DNA of 64,000 nucleotides from an uncultured delta proteobacterium (GTDB taxonomy: Bacteria > Myxococcota > Kuafuiibacteriia > Kuafuiibacteriales > Kuafuiibacteriaceae): contig CAWDML010000001.1 of the NCBI GenBank assembly GCA_963803435.1, forward strand, positions 32,001 through 96,000. Reading direction: 5' to 3'. The notes under the pieces were generated by a model. It ran no database searches, was not told the DNA's origin, and saw only the letters and a program-made list of their open reading frames with translations. The position numbers and the translations under genes were made by a program. This document shows, piece after piece, positions 20,808-29,343 of this stretch (position 1 is its first letter; each line of letters begins with the position of its first letter).

Positions 20808-20825
20808 AGTAAGGCAACCGAAGCC

Positions 20826-21530
20826 GTGGAGGAGACCTTGCGGACCACGTTCTACGTTCTGTCGGTGGCGATGGCGGTTGCCCTCGCCGGCTGTCCCAAG
20901 AAGACGGCCCAGATGGATCTCGATCTGGCGAAGAAGGCCGTCGACGACGCGCGCGCCGCCAAGGCGAACGACTGCGCGAAGGAGACGTTCACCGCGGCCG
21001 AGACGGCGCTGGCGGAGGCCCAGCAGCTGGAGAAAGACGGCGAGGCCGACAAGGCGAAGGAGAAGGCCAATCAGGCCAAGACCCTCGCCGAGCAAGCGCT
21101 GGCGGCCTCGCCGCAGGGCTGCGACCAGGCCAAGACCGACGAGAAGGACGAGAAGAATCCGGCGACCAACGCCTCGGCCATCACCAACATCAACCTCGAC
21201 GACGTGCTCGAGACCATCTACTTCGACTACAACGACGCGGCGATCCGCGAGGACAGCAAGGCCGTGCTATCGAAGGTCGCACAGGCCCTCTCGAAGACGC
21301 CCAGCGTGAAGCTGGAGATCGAGGGCCACTGCGACGTCCGGGGCTCGACGGAGTACAACCTCCACTTGGGCGAGCGCCGCGCGCGCAATGTGCAGAAGTA
21401 TCTGGTGACTCAGGGCGTGGCCCCGGACCGGCTGGACGTGATCTCGTACGGCGAGGAGCGGCTCGTGGACTACGGCACCACCGAGGAGGCCCACCAGAAG
21501 AACCGGCGGGCCGAGCTCAAGAAGGAGTGA
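20826..21530 (+). CDS. pal: Peptidoglycan-associated lipoprotein with extra N-terminal helical domain
   Basis: LAG-C lipobox; IYFDYN, IEGHCDVRGSTEYNLHLGERRA, SYGEE, NRRAE. Confidence 0.9.
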   Translation: MEETLRTTFYVLSVAMAVALAGCPKKTAQMDLDLAKKAVDDARAAKANDCAKETFTAAETALAEAQQLEKDGEADKAKEKANQAKTLAEQALAASPQGCDQAKTDEKDEKNPATNASAITNINLDDVLETIYFDYNDAAIREDSKAVLSKVAQALSKTPSVKLEIEGHCDVRGSTEYNLHLGERRARNVQKYLVTQGVAPDRLDVISYGEERLVDYGTTEEAHQKNRRAELKKE

Positions 21531-21539
21531 GGCCGGCGG

Positions 21540-22250
21540 TCAGTCGTCCTGGTAGCGCACGTCGACCGGAGGCAGCCACGACGCCGAGGCGGTGAGCGAC
21601 CTCGCCTCCGCGGGTCCGCGCCCGGCGAGCGTCGAGAGATCGAGGGCCGCCGGCGCCGCCACGATCAGCAGGCGCTTCGGTCCCGAGCCGATGCCGAAGA
21701 AGGTCCGACCGGATCCTTTGAGCAGAAAGACACCCTCGACGCCGGCGTCGACGGCCGCCGGGATGGGGATGAGCGCGCCGTTCTCCACACGAAACACGGC
21801 GACCGCAGCGGCGGGACGGCCCTGGGCGGGCTCGATCTTGATCGCGACCTGGCTGGTGGGGAGAAAGAGGCCGCTGGTGACCGCAGCGTCGCCTCGAAGC
21901 GCGGCGCGGGCGCCCTCCACCGATCCGACCAGCACATAGGATCCGACGGGCTCGGAGTGGGGCGGGCGCAGGAACAGGATGAGGAGCGCCGCTCCGACCG
22001 CGACGGCGCCCACCGCCCGGCCCCATCGGCGCGGCGGCGCCGACCGGATCTCCGCGACCCGATCGCGACAGTACGGACAGTCGCAGAGGTGCCGTTCGAG
22101 ATCCTCCCGGGCCGCGCTGGAGAGCGTGTCGCGCCGATACCCCCGGAGCCGCGCCGGATCGATCGGAGGCTGCGCGACGCAGGCTTCCACGACGGCAGGG
22201 CGTTCCGACCCGAGTGAAAGCAACCGATCCAGATCTTCCGGCGAGTCCAT
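21540..22250 (-). CDS. Putative zinc-binding transmembrane anti-sigma factor
   Basis: HLCDCPYC (Hx3Cx2C, zf-HC2/ZAS-like), one TM helix, extracytoplasmic domain; directly downstream of the ECF gene. Confidence 0.8.
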   Translation of the reverse strand: MDSPEDLDRLLSLGSERPAVVEACVAQPPIDPARLRGYRRDTLSSAAREDLERHLCDCPYCRDRVAEIRSAPPRRWGRAVGAVAVGAALLILFLRPPHSEPVGSYVLVGSVEGARAALRGDAAVTSGLFLPTSQVAIKIEPAQGRPAAAVAVFRVENGALIPIPAAVDAGVEGVFLLKGSGRTFFGIGSGPKRLLIVAAPAALDLSTLAGRGPAEARSLTASASWLPPVDVRYQDD

Positions 22251-22267
22251 GACGTCCCCTGTCACTT

Positions 22268-22297
22268 CCTACGAGTCGCCCCAATGTTTTTTTTTCC
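22268..22297 (-). promoter_or_regulatory. Candidate ECF-dependent promoter, copy 1
   Basis: GGAAAAAAAAACATTGGGGCGACTCGTAGG upstream of the anti-sigma gene; matches the copy at 25561. Confidence 0.55.
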
Positions 22298-22299
22298 CC

Positions 22300-22881
22300 T
22301 CACCCCTGGTTTTTCTGAAAGTCGAGGGCATGCACCTTGATCTTGTGCTTCCAGTTCGCGACGACCTGCTTGGAAACGCACATGATCTCAGCGGCTTCAT
22401 CCTCGCTTCGACGGTCGTCGTACAAGAGCCTCAAAACGAGCTGGCCCTTCACCGGCAGCACCGACAGCAGGTACGCGCGCAGGCGCAACGCCTGCTCTTT
22501 GGCCTCGACCCGCTGCTCTGGACCCGGCGCTGTATCCTGCACCGTATGGAGATCGGGGAAATGCGCCACAGTCTCCTCACGTGAAGGACGGCGGATCAGC
22601 TCCACGATCTCGTTTTCAGCGATCATTTTCACGAACTGCTCCATGGATCCGCGATCGGGGTCGAAGCTCCTGAGGCGATGACCGTGCTTGTCGAGAAGCC
22701 GGACCCAGACGCGCTGCGCCACGTCGTCCTGGCTGTTGGCGCCGACACCGTGGCCGTTCAGACACTTTCGGACTCGATCCCTGATCCAAGGATCGACGCG
22801 CTCGGCCAACCTGCGCCTCGCTGCCGGCAGGCCCTCGAGGGCCAGCCGAATCAACGTCACGTCGGGGTGGTCCTGCTCCAC
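22300..22881 (-). CDS. ECF-type RNA polymerase sigma factor
   Basis: Region 2 (DDVAQRVWVRLL, LRSFDP..GS..FV..IA.N) and region 4 HTH (SEDEAAEIM..SKQVV.NWKHKI); 193 aa. Confidence 0.88.
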   Translation of the reverse strand: MEQDHPDVTLIRLALEGLPAARRRLAERVDPWIRDRVRKCLNGHGVGANSQDDVAQRVWVRLLDKHGHRLRSFDPDRGSMEQFVKMIAENEIVELIRRPSREETVAHFPDLHTVQDTAPGPEQRVEAKEQALRLRAYLLSVLPVKGQLVLRLLYDDRRSEDEAAEIMCVSKQVVANWKHKIKVHALDFQKNQG

Positions 22882-22938
22882 GCGTGTCGAGCAAAGTTAG
22901 CGCGCGTACGTAGCCGAAACCAGGCCCTCATTTGGGGG

Positions 22939-25548
22939 ATGGCGGCGACCCTGGCTGGACCCGCCTGCCAGGCGCCGCTCGACGCAGAGCTGAACGGCCG
23001 GCGCCTGACGCTCGAAGAGGGGGGCCGCGCCATCCCGGTCTTCGATCGAGCCCGGAGGCCGGTGATCCGCGTGGCAGGGCCCGGCGGACCGGTCGAGGTG
23101 CGGCTCGAGGGGGGGACTACGCTCCCGGTGCGACTCCGGAGAGCGGAGGGTGCCATCTACGCCTATGTGGACAGCGCGTCCGTCGCGCTCGGCCGCCATG
23201 CGCTGATCGTCTCCCGCGAGGGCCGCGAGCGATCGTTCGATGTTCGCTTCGCGGCGGCCCCGGCCGATATGCCCGAGATCCGCCCCATCGTGGCCGCTCG
23301 GACCGCAGGCGACTTCGACGGCGCGATGGCGCTGGCGGAGGCGGCCCGCTCGTCCGAATCCCGGCTGGTCCGGATCAACGCCGCCATCGAACGGGGTCGC
23401 ATCGCGCTGCGACGCGGGCGACCGCTGGACGCCGCGCGGCTCTGGCAGGAGAGCGCCGAGATCGCGCGCGCCGCAGGATCGCCCACCGAGGCGGTCGAAC
23501 GGCTGCTGTCGGCTGCCTTCGCCGCCCGCGCCGCGCGCCGCTTTGCGATGACCGAGGCGCTCCTGGACCGGGCCGCGACGGCGATCGCCCAGGGCGGTGA
23601 CCTGTTCTCCGAGCACTTCCTTGCGACCGAGCGAGGGGAGCTCGCGAACGATCTGGGTGATCCGCGGCGCGCGCTGGCCGCGCTCGACGAGGCGCTTCGA
23701 ATCGCGCGTCGGCTCGGCGTCGACGACGCTCTCTACAACGTCGAGATGTCGCGCGCGAACTGTCTCGCGGGCCTGGGGCGGTTCGCAGAGGCACTCGAGA
23801 CCTTCCCGGATCCGAACGACTTCCCGCAGCTCGACGCCAGCGATCGCGCGCGCGTGGACACCAACGTCGCCTGGATCGAGATCCGCGCGATCCGGGGCGG
23901 GGTGCTCGACATCGATCTCTCGGACCCCCGCGCGCGGCTCGAACGCGCCATCGAGAGGCTGCGGCGACTGAATGAGCCGTGGCGACTGGCGAACGCCCTG
24001 TGCACGCTGGCGCGAGGCGAGCTGCTGGCCGGCGACGTCGCGCGGGCCGACGCACTCGTGCGGTCGGCGAAGGAGGCCCACCCGCGGATCTTCGCCCAAC
24101 AGGTGCACGACTGCTCGTTCGTCGAGATCGAGATCCGCCTCGCGCGAGGAGACGTCGACGCAGCCGAGAATCTCCTCGCCGCGCTCGAGCCGCGCCTCCG
24201 ACAGGCCGTGCTGATCGACGAGACCGCGATCACCCCCGCGACCCTGCGCGCGAGGATCGCCCGGGCGCGCGGCCGTCCCGAGGCGGTCGACCTCTACCTC
24301 GAGGCCTTCCGACAGGTCGTCGAGATGGCACGACACACCCCGATCCAGGGCGATCGCTCGAGCTACATCTCGGGGAGGACCGAGCTCGTCGACGAGCTGA
24401 TCGACCTGATGGCGACCAAGGGCGATCTCGAGGGGGCGTTCTCGATCGCAGACGCCGATCAGGCCCTGCTGCTGACCGACCTCGACGCCGAGGTTCACAT
24501 GACGCGGCTGGCGCCGCAGGCGAGGCGCGAGTGGGCCGAGCGGCTCGACCGCTACAACGCGCTTCGCGAGCAGCTGCCGAAGGCGCAGGCCGAGTGCGAT
24601 CGGCGACCGTCCGTCGAGGTGCCGGCCTGTCAGGCCCGCGTCGAGGCGCTCCGCAGCCGGATCTCCGCCGCGATCGATCGCGCGTTCGCGGTGATCGACC
24701 GGGACCAACCGGCGACGGCACCGCGGGTCTCGCTCGAAGACGTGACGCGGGCGCTCGGCGCGCACGGCGCCCTGCTCCTGGTCCACGGCGTGAAGGCCCA
24801 GATGCGATCGTTCTGGATCGATCGCCGGGGGATCCGCCTGGAGCGCGGGTCGCCTCCCGTCGATCGCTGGCTCGAAGACGCGGGCGCCGTGGAGCGCCTG
24901 AACGTCGTCGGTCGATACGATCCGATCGGCGCCGAGGGAGGCGATCGGATCGCCGCCCGGGTCGCGGTGGTGATGGTACCTTCGGCCCGCTTCCTCTTCG
25001 CGGCCAGGCCGCTGCCGTCCGGAAACCCGCTGGTCGTCGGCGATCCGAACGGCGACCTGCCCGGTGCCGCCCGCGAGGCCCACGATGTCGACCGCCGCGC
25101 GCTCGTGCTGGTGGGTTCTGCGGCCTCCCGCACCGCCATCCTGAAGGCGCTGGACGGCGCGGTGTTGTTCCACTTCGCCGGTCACGCCCGGATTGTGGGC
25201 AAGTCGCCCTGGGACACGGAGCTGCGCACCGCCGACGGCGTCCTCACCTTGGAGGACCTCCTGGCGGCCCGGCCCCGCACCGGTCTGGTCGTCCTCTCTG
25301 CATGCCAGAGCAGCGGGGACGCCGCCCGCGGGGGCATCGGGCTGCCCCAGGCGTTCCTCCTGGCCGGCGCGCGCGCGGTCCTCGCCACGACCCGCCCGCT
25401 CTCGGACGCCGACGACAGTGACTTCGTGTCGCGCTTCTACGCCGCCGGAGGGCGGACGCATCCGGCGGAGGCCTTCCGGATCGCGATCCGAGCCTCACAA
25501 GCCGCGGGCGATCGGAGCTGGGAGGCGTTTCGCCTGTTCGGCCGTTGA
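22939..25548 (+). CDS. TPR-CHAT domain protein (caspase-like protease); start uncertain
   Basis: Long helical-repeat region, then VVGDPNGDLPGAAREA, FHFAGHA (His), VVLSACQS (Cys), GLPQAFLLAGA, RFY, WEAF. Confidence 0.9.
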   Translation: MAATLAGPACQAPLDAELNGRRLTLEEGGRAIPVFDRARRPVIRVAGPGGPVEVRLEGGTTLPVRLRRAEGAIYAYVDSASVALGRHALIVSREGRERSFDVRFAAAPADMPEIRPIVAARTAGDFDGAMALAEAARSSESRLVRINAAIERGRIALRRGRPLDAARLWQESAEIARAAGSPTEAVERLLSAAFAARAARRFAMTEALLDRAATAIAQGGDLFSEHFLATERGELANDLGDPRRALAALDEALRIARRLGVDDALYNVEMSRANCLAGLGRFAEALETFPDPNDFPQLDASDRARVDTNVAWIEIRAIRGGVLDIDLSDPRARLERAIERLRRLNEPWRLANALCTLARGELLAGDVARADALVRSAKEAHPRIFAQQVHDCSFVEIEIRLARGDVDAAENLLAALEPRLRQAVLIDETAITPATLRARIARARGRPEAVDLYLEAFRQVVEMARHTPIQGDRSSYISGRTELVDELIDLMATKGDLEGAFSIADADQALLLTDLDAEVHMTRLAPQARREWAERLDRYNALREQLPKAQAECDRRPSVEVPACQARVEALRSRISAAIDRAFAVIDRDQPATAPRVSLEDVTRALGAHGALLLVHGVKAQMRSFWIDRRGIRLERGSPPVDRWLEDAGAVERLNVVGRYDPIGAEGGDRIAARVAVVMVPSARFLFAARPLPSGNPLVVGDPNGDLPGAAREAHDVDRRALVLVGSAASRTAILKALDGAVLFHFAGHARIVGKSPWDTELRTADGVLTLEDLLAARPRTGLVVLSACQSSGDAARGGIGLPQAFLLAGARAVLATTRPLSDADDSDFVSRFYAAGGRTHPAEAFRIAIRASQAAGDRSWEAFRLFGR

Positions 25549-25560
25549 AAAGCCCGCTTC

Positions 25561-25591
25561 GGAAAAAAAAATTGGGCTCCAGCCTCGTAGG
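25561..25591 (+). promoter_or_regulatory. Candidate ECF-dependent promoter, copy 2
   Basis: GGAAAAAAAAATTGGGCTCCAGCCTCGTAGG, ending about 30 nt before ATG 25621. Confidence 0.55.
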
Positions 25592-25620
25592 GATCCTTGG
25601 GGGGCTCCCGATTGGCATAC

Positions 25621-25986
25621 ATGGCCGTCAAGGAAACGGATCCGGGCTGCGCAGGCTGTATCAGCAGCACCGCCGTCGAGCTCGTGAGCGGTGACCCGTG
25701 CGTCATCAAGCTTCACATGGTCCTGGGATCGTTTCCCGCCAGTAACGATCAGGTGACATCGGCCTCCTTCAGCTACGACGACGGCGACGGCAACTCCACC
25801 GTCGTCAATCTGGCGCCGCCTGTGGGGCCGCCATTGAGCGGCTGGAAGGCCAACAGCAACTTTCTCATTCAGTTCAACGCCCAGGGGTGGCTGACCTCCG
25901 GCGACTTCCCCGACACCACGGCGCGGATCGACGTCGGGACGTATCGCGGCAACAGCACCTACGAGGAGTGGGCGGGGACCACGTGA
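25621..25986 (+). CDS. Hypothetical 121-aa beta-rich protein with CxxC
   Basis: Fills the gap between CHAT and kinase genes; protein-like composition; stop overlaps the next GTG. Confidence 0.65.
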   Translation: MAVKETDPGCAGCISSTAVELVSGDPCVIKLHMVLGSFPASNDQVTSASFSYDDGDGNSTVVNLAPPVGPPLSGWKANSNFLIQFNAQGWLTSGDFPDTTARIDVGTYRGNSTYEEWAGTT

Positions 25987-27368
25987 GCAAAATGTCCGGT
26001 CACGCACACGTTCTCTGGGTAGAGAAGACCGAACGCGACTTCGCGCACCTCAAGCAGACGCTGGGGCCGGCCCGGTTCCGGCTGGCGCGGGCCGAGACCC
26101 TCGCCGAGGCCCTCGAGGTGCTGACGTCGCTGCCAATCGAGGTCCTGGTCCTCGACCCGGATCTCCCGGACGGACCCGGCATCGGGGCGATCCGGCTGGT
26201 CCGCGAGCAAGCCCCCTATGTCCCGATGGTCGCGCTGGTCGGTGAGAACGGCCGAGCGGCGGCCGAGCTCCTCGAGGCCGGCGCCGAAGAGGTGCTGGGC
26301 AAGAACGCGATCTCGCCGGTCATCCTGCGCGCACTGCGGCACGCGATCGATCGCGCGCGCTGGTCCGCCCAGACGCGCCAGCTGCTGCGGATCCAGCCCG
26401 ACGCCGCGCTGATCATCGACAAGAGGGACCTGGTGGTGTTCGCCAACGGGCCCGCCGAGCGGCTGTTCGGACGCGGGATCGTGGGAGCGAAGCTCCCGCT
26501 GGCTGTCGGTCCCGGCGTCCGCCGGGGGCGCCTCCCGGCTTCGCTCGGAGGGGAGCAAGCGGAGATCCGCGTCGCAGAGATGCTGTGGGGTGGCTCCCGC
26601 GGATCGGTGGTGTCGATCCGTCTCCTCGACTCGCCCAACATCGCGTTCGACGACCGTATCACCCACCTGAGCCGGCTGGCCTCGGTCGGCGCGCTCTGCT
26701 CGAGCGTCACGCACGAGGCCAACAATCTGAGCATGGGCGTGCTGGCGAACCTCGCCGTCCTCCAACACGAGCTCGCGGGAAACCGCTCAGAGCCGACCAA
26801 CCCCGAGGTCACGGCGCTGATCAACGAGAGCATCCTGACACTGAAGCGCGTCAGCACGATGCTCGCCGACGTCTGCGCGTTCGTGCGGCGCGACGGCGCA
26901 GGCGTGGAGTGGGTCGACGTCAACGAGGTGGTCACCAGCGCCTGCCGCTGGATTCGCAAGCGGCTCCACCAGCAGGCACGGCTGGTCACGGCGCTCGGCG
27001 AGGTCCCCCCGATCGCCGCCGACGCCACCGAGCTCCGCCAGGTGCTGATCAACCTGCTCTTGAACGCGGTCCAGGCGATCGAGCGGCGCGGCGGATCGGG
27101 TCACCGGATCGCGGTCGAGACACGCGTCGAGCACGATAAGCTGCTGGTCACGGTCGAAGACACCGGAGCCGGGATCCCGGACGATCTGAAGAAGCGCATC
27201 TTCCAGCCCTTCTTCACCACCAGCCCCAAGAGTGAGGGCACCGGGCTCGGGCTCTCCATCACGAGCGAGATCATCCGGCGCCTCGGCGGCGAGATCGAGG
27301 TCGAGAGCCTCGACACCGGCTCACTCTTCAAGGTCGTCCTGCCGCAGCAGACCGCCCTTCAGCCCTGA
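25983..27368 (+). CDS. Hybrid receiver-PAS-histidine kinase
   Basis: REC-like LVLDPDLPD; H-box THEANN; QVLINLLLNA, DTGAGI, FQPFFTT, GTGLGL. Confidence 0.9.
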   Translation: MSKMSGHAHVLWVEKTERDFAHLKQTLGPARFRLARAETLAEALEVLTSLPIEVLVLDPDLPDGPGIGAIRLVREQAPYVPMVALVGENGRAAAELLEAGAEEVLGKNAISPVILRALRHAIDRARWSAQTRQLLRIQPDAALIIDKRDLVVFANGPAERLFGRGIVGAKLPLAVGPGVRRGRLPASLGGEQAEIRVAEMLWGGSRGSVVSIRLLDSPNIAFDDRITHLSRLASVGALCSSVTHEANNLSMGVLANLAVLQHELAGNRSEPTNPEVTALINESILTLKRVSTMLADVCAFVRRDGAGVEWVDVNEVVTSACRWIRKRLHQQARLVTALGEVPPIAADATELRQVLINLLLNAVQAIERRGGSGHRIAVETRVEHDKLLVTVEDTGAGIPDDLKKRIFQPFFTTSPKSEGTGLGLSITSEIIRRLGGEIEVESLDTGSLFKVVLPQQTALQP

Positions 27369-27369
27369 C

Positions 27370-29343
27370 TCAGAGCCTCCACTCAATCCCGCCGAAGGCG
27401 AGGATCGTCTCCTGCTGCGAGAGCTTGTCCCAGCCCGCCACCCCGCCGCCGTCCTGGCGGTAGTAGTCGGCGGCACCGAGGTCGGGCTGCTGCAGGTACA
27501 GGGCGACGCTCTCGCGGAAGTAGCGGAACGTCCCGCGGAGCGAGAGCGCGCCGGGGAACCAATCGCGCGGGAGCGTGTAGGTGAGGGTCCCGCCGGTGTC
27601 GAAGGCGGGGATCTCGCCGGCGTAGTAGCGCGCGTCGGCGCCCAGGTAGAGGCCGAACAGGCCGCGCCCGATGCCGCCCGAGACCACCGCCTTGGCCTGG
27701 GACTCGTCGTCGACGATGTACGAGACCTCGAAGTTGGCGTCGATGATGTCCGGGTTCCGATAGCGGGCACCGAGACCCGGGACCAGCCGGACCGCGCTCG
27801 GCGCGATCGTGTTGCCGGAGGCCTGCACGAGGGCGTCCCGGTTGACGTTGGAGTCGCGGATGAGCGCGTTGAAGCGGGCGCTGATCTCGAGATCGCGAAG
27901 CACGCGGTACGCGCCGCGGACCCACGCCGAGTTGTACACGCTCGTCATCAACACGGCGTCGAAGGGTACGATCGGTTGATTGTCTTGACCGAGCACCGTG
28001 CGATCGCCGTTGTTGGCCAGGACGGCGTTGGTGCCGGCGGCCGAGAACGTGTAGCCGCCCGAGACCGCGTAGAGCACCGTGCTGAAGCGACCGCCCCCCA
28101 GCGCCAGGGAGAGGTCGTCGAACGGCGTCCAGGAGAAGGAGCCGGTCACGTTCTGGACGGCCTGGCCCCCGGGGAGCACGTCGAACCAGCCGTTCACCAC
28201 CATGTTGAGCTCGGGGAGGATCAGCCAGGAGCCGTCGAGATAGAGGTAGGCGCGATCGATGTCGGCGAGGTTGGCCGCGATGTTCGCGTACGTGACCACG
28301 CCGGCGACGTTCACCACGAGCTCGGGGAGCTGGAGCGAGACGAAGGCGCCGCCGGTGTACCAGTCGGCGCTGAAGACCTCGGTGCTGCGGAGGTTCCAGT
28401 TGTAGCCGTACGGGTTGCCGGTCACGCCGCCGAACAGGCCGGCGCGCAGCCAGTCCACGATGCGGAACCGCGCCGCGATGCCGTCCGCCTGGGCGTAGCC
28501 GGCCTCACGGATCGCGAGGCGGCCGAGCGCGACGCCCCACCAGGGTCCTCCGGTGCTGCGGAACTCGTTGAGCCCGTAGCTGGCGTACGCCTCGTTGAGC
28601 CGGTAGTCCGTGAAACGACTGCCGTTGATCTGCGGCCGATACTCGACGTCGAGATGGAGGGCGAAGTCGCTGCCGGCGATGTGATCGTAGCCGAGGGTGG
28701 CGCGGGCGCGCAGGAAGTCGATATCGCGCGAGCCGGCGTCGGCCTGCACCGTGGGGATGGACCAGTCCCCCTGATCGTACTGGCTGGCGGCGTTGGGGTT
28801 CGGGAGCGCCGCGGTGGGGCCGAGCACCCGATCGAGGCCGCTGGTCTGGAGGTGGTAGCCGCTGAAGCTGAGCCGCGCCGAGAGGATCTCCTCGCTGCCC
28901 CCGCCGAGCAGGCTCTGTCCCGGCGTCTCGACCGTCGTCGTGATCGGGACAGCGCGGGCGGGAAGCTTCGCGGTGACCGGCACCGGCGACGCGATCGGGA
29001 CCATCGCGCCGCGATTCGACCAGCGCGAGGCCGCGCCGGGCGTCAGCTTCGAGCTCTGTCGCCGCTCGAGCTCGAGCTTCTTCTTGGCCGCCTCGACCCG
29101 CTCCTCCTCGGCCTTCTGGGCGTTCTTGGCGTCCTCCGCCGCCTTGGCCTCCTCCTCCCGCTTCTTCGCCTCTTCCTGCTTCTGCGCCTCTGCTTCGGCC
29201 TTCGACCGCTTCTTCTTCCCCCGCCGCTTCTTCTTGTGTGGCTGGGCGGCGAGCAGGCTCGGAACGCTGGAACCGTCCTGCGCGATCGCGAGCGGCTCCG
29301 CGGCAAGAGCGAGCAACATCGTGGCGACGAGGAGCTTTCTCAT
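27370..29343 (-). CDS. Probable outer-membrane beta-barrel protein (657 aa)
   Basis: Signal peptide, K/E-rich N-terminal coil, many amphipathic Gly/aromatic strands, C-terminal FGGIEWRL; start overlaps the cytochrome stop. Confidence 0.7.
   Translation of the reverse strand: MRKLLVATMLLALAAEPLAIAQDGSSVPSLLAAQPHKKKRRGKKKRSKAEAEAQKQEEAKKREEEAKAAEDAKNAQKAEEERVEAAKKKLELERRQSSKLTPGAASRWSNRGAMVPIASPVPVTAKLPARAVPITTTVETPGQSLLGGGSEEILSARLSFSGYHLQTSGLDRVLGPTAALPNPNAASQYDQGDWSIPTVQADAGSRDIDFLRARATLGYDHIAGSDFALHLDVEYRPQINGSRFTDYRLNEAYASYGLNEFRSTGGPWWGVALGRLAIREAGYAQADGIAARFRIVDWLRAGLFGGVTGNPYGYNWNLRSTEVFSADWYTGGAFVSLQLPELVVNVAGVVTYANIAANLADIDRAYLYLDGSWLILPELNMVVNGWFDVLPGGQAVQNVTGSFSWTPFDDLSLALGGGRFSTVLYAVSGGYTFSAAGTNAVLANNGDRTVLGQDNQPIVPFDAVLMTSVYNSAWVRGAYRVLRDLEISARFNALIRDSNVNRDALVQASGNTIAPSAVRLVPGLGARYRNPDIIDANFEVSYIVDDESQAKAVVSGGIGRGLFGLYLGADARYYAGEIPAFDTGGTLTYTLPRDWFPGALSLRGTFRYFRESVALYLQQPDLGAADYYRQDGGGVAGWDKLSQQETILAFGGIEWRL

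Noticed and set aside
17416-21530. tolQRA as the gliding motor AglRQS/GltG
   Set aside because: Direct linkage to tolB and pal identifies an ordinary Tol-Pal cluster.
22287-25571. A9/T9 tracts as intrinsic terminators
   Set aside because: On the strand of the upstream gene both read as A-tracts, not U-tracts, and no convincing hairpin precedes them.
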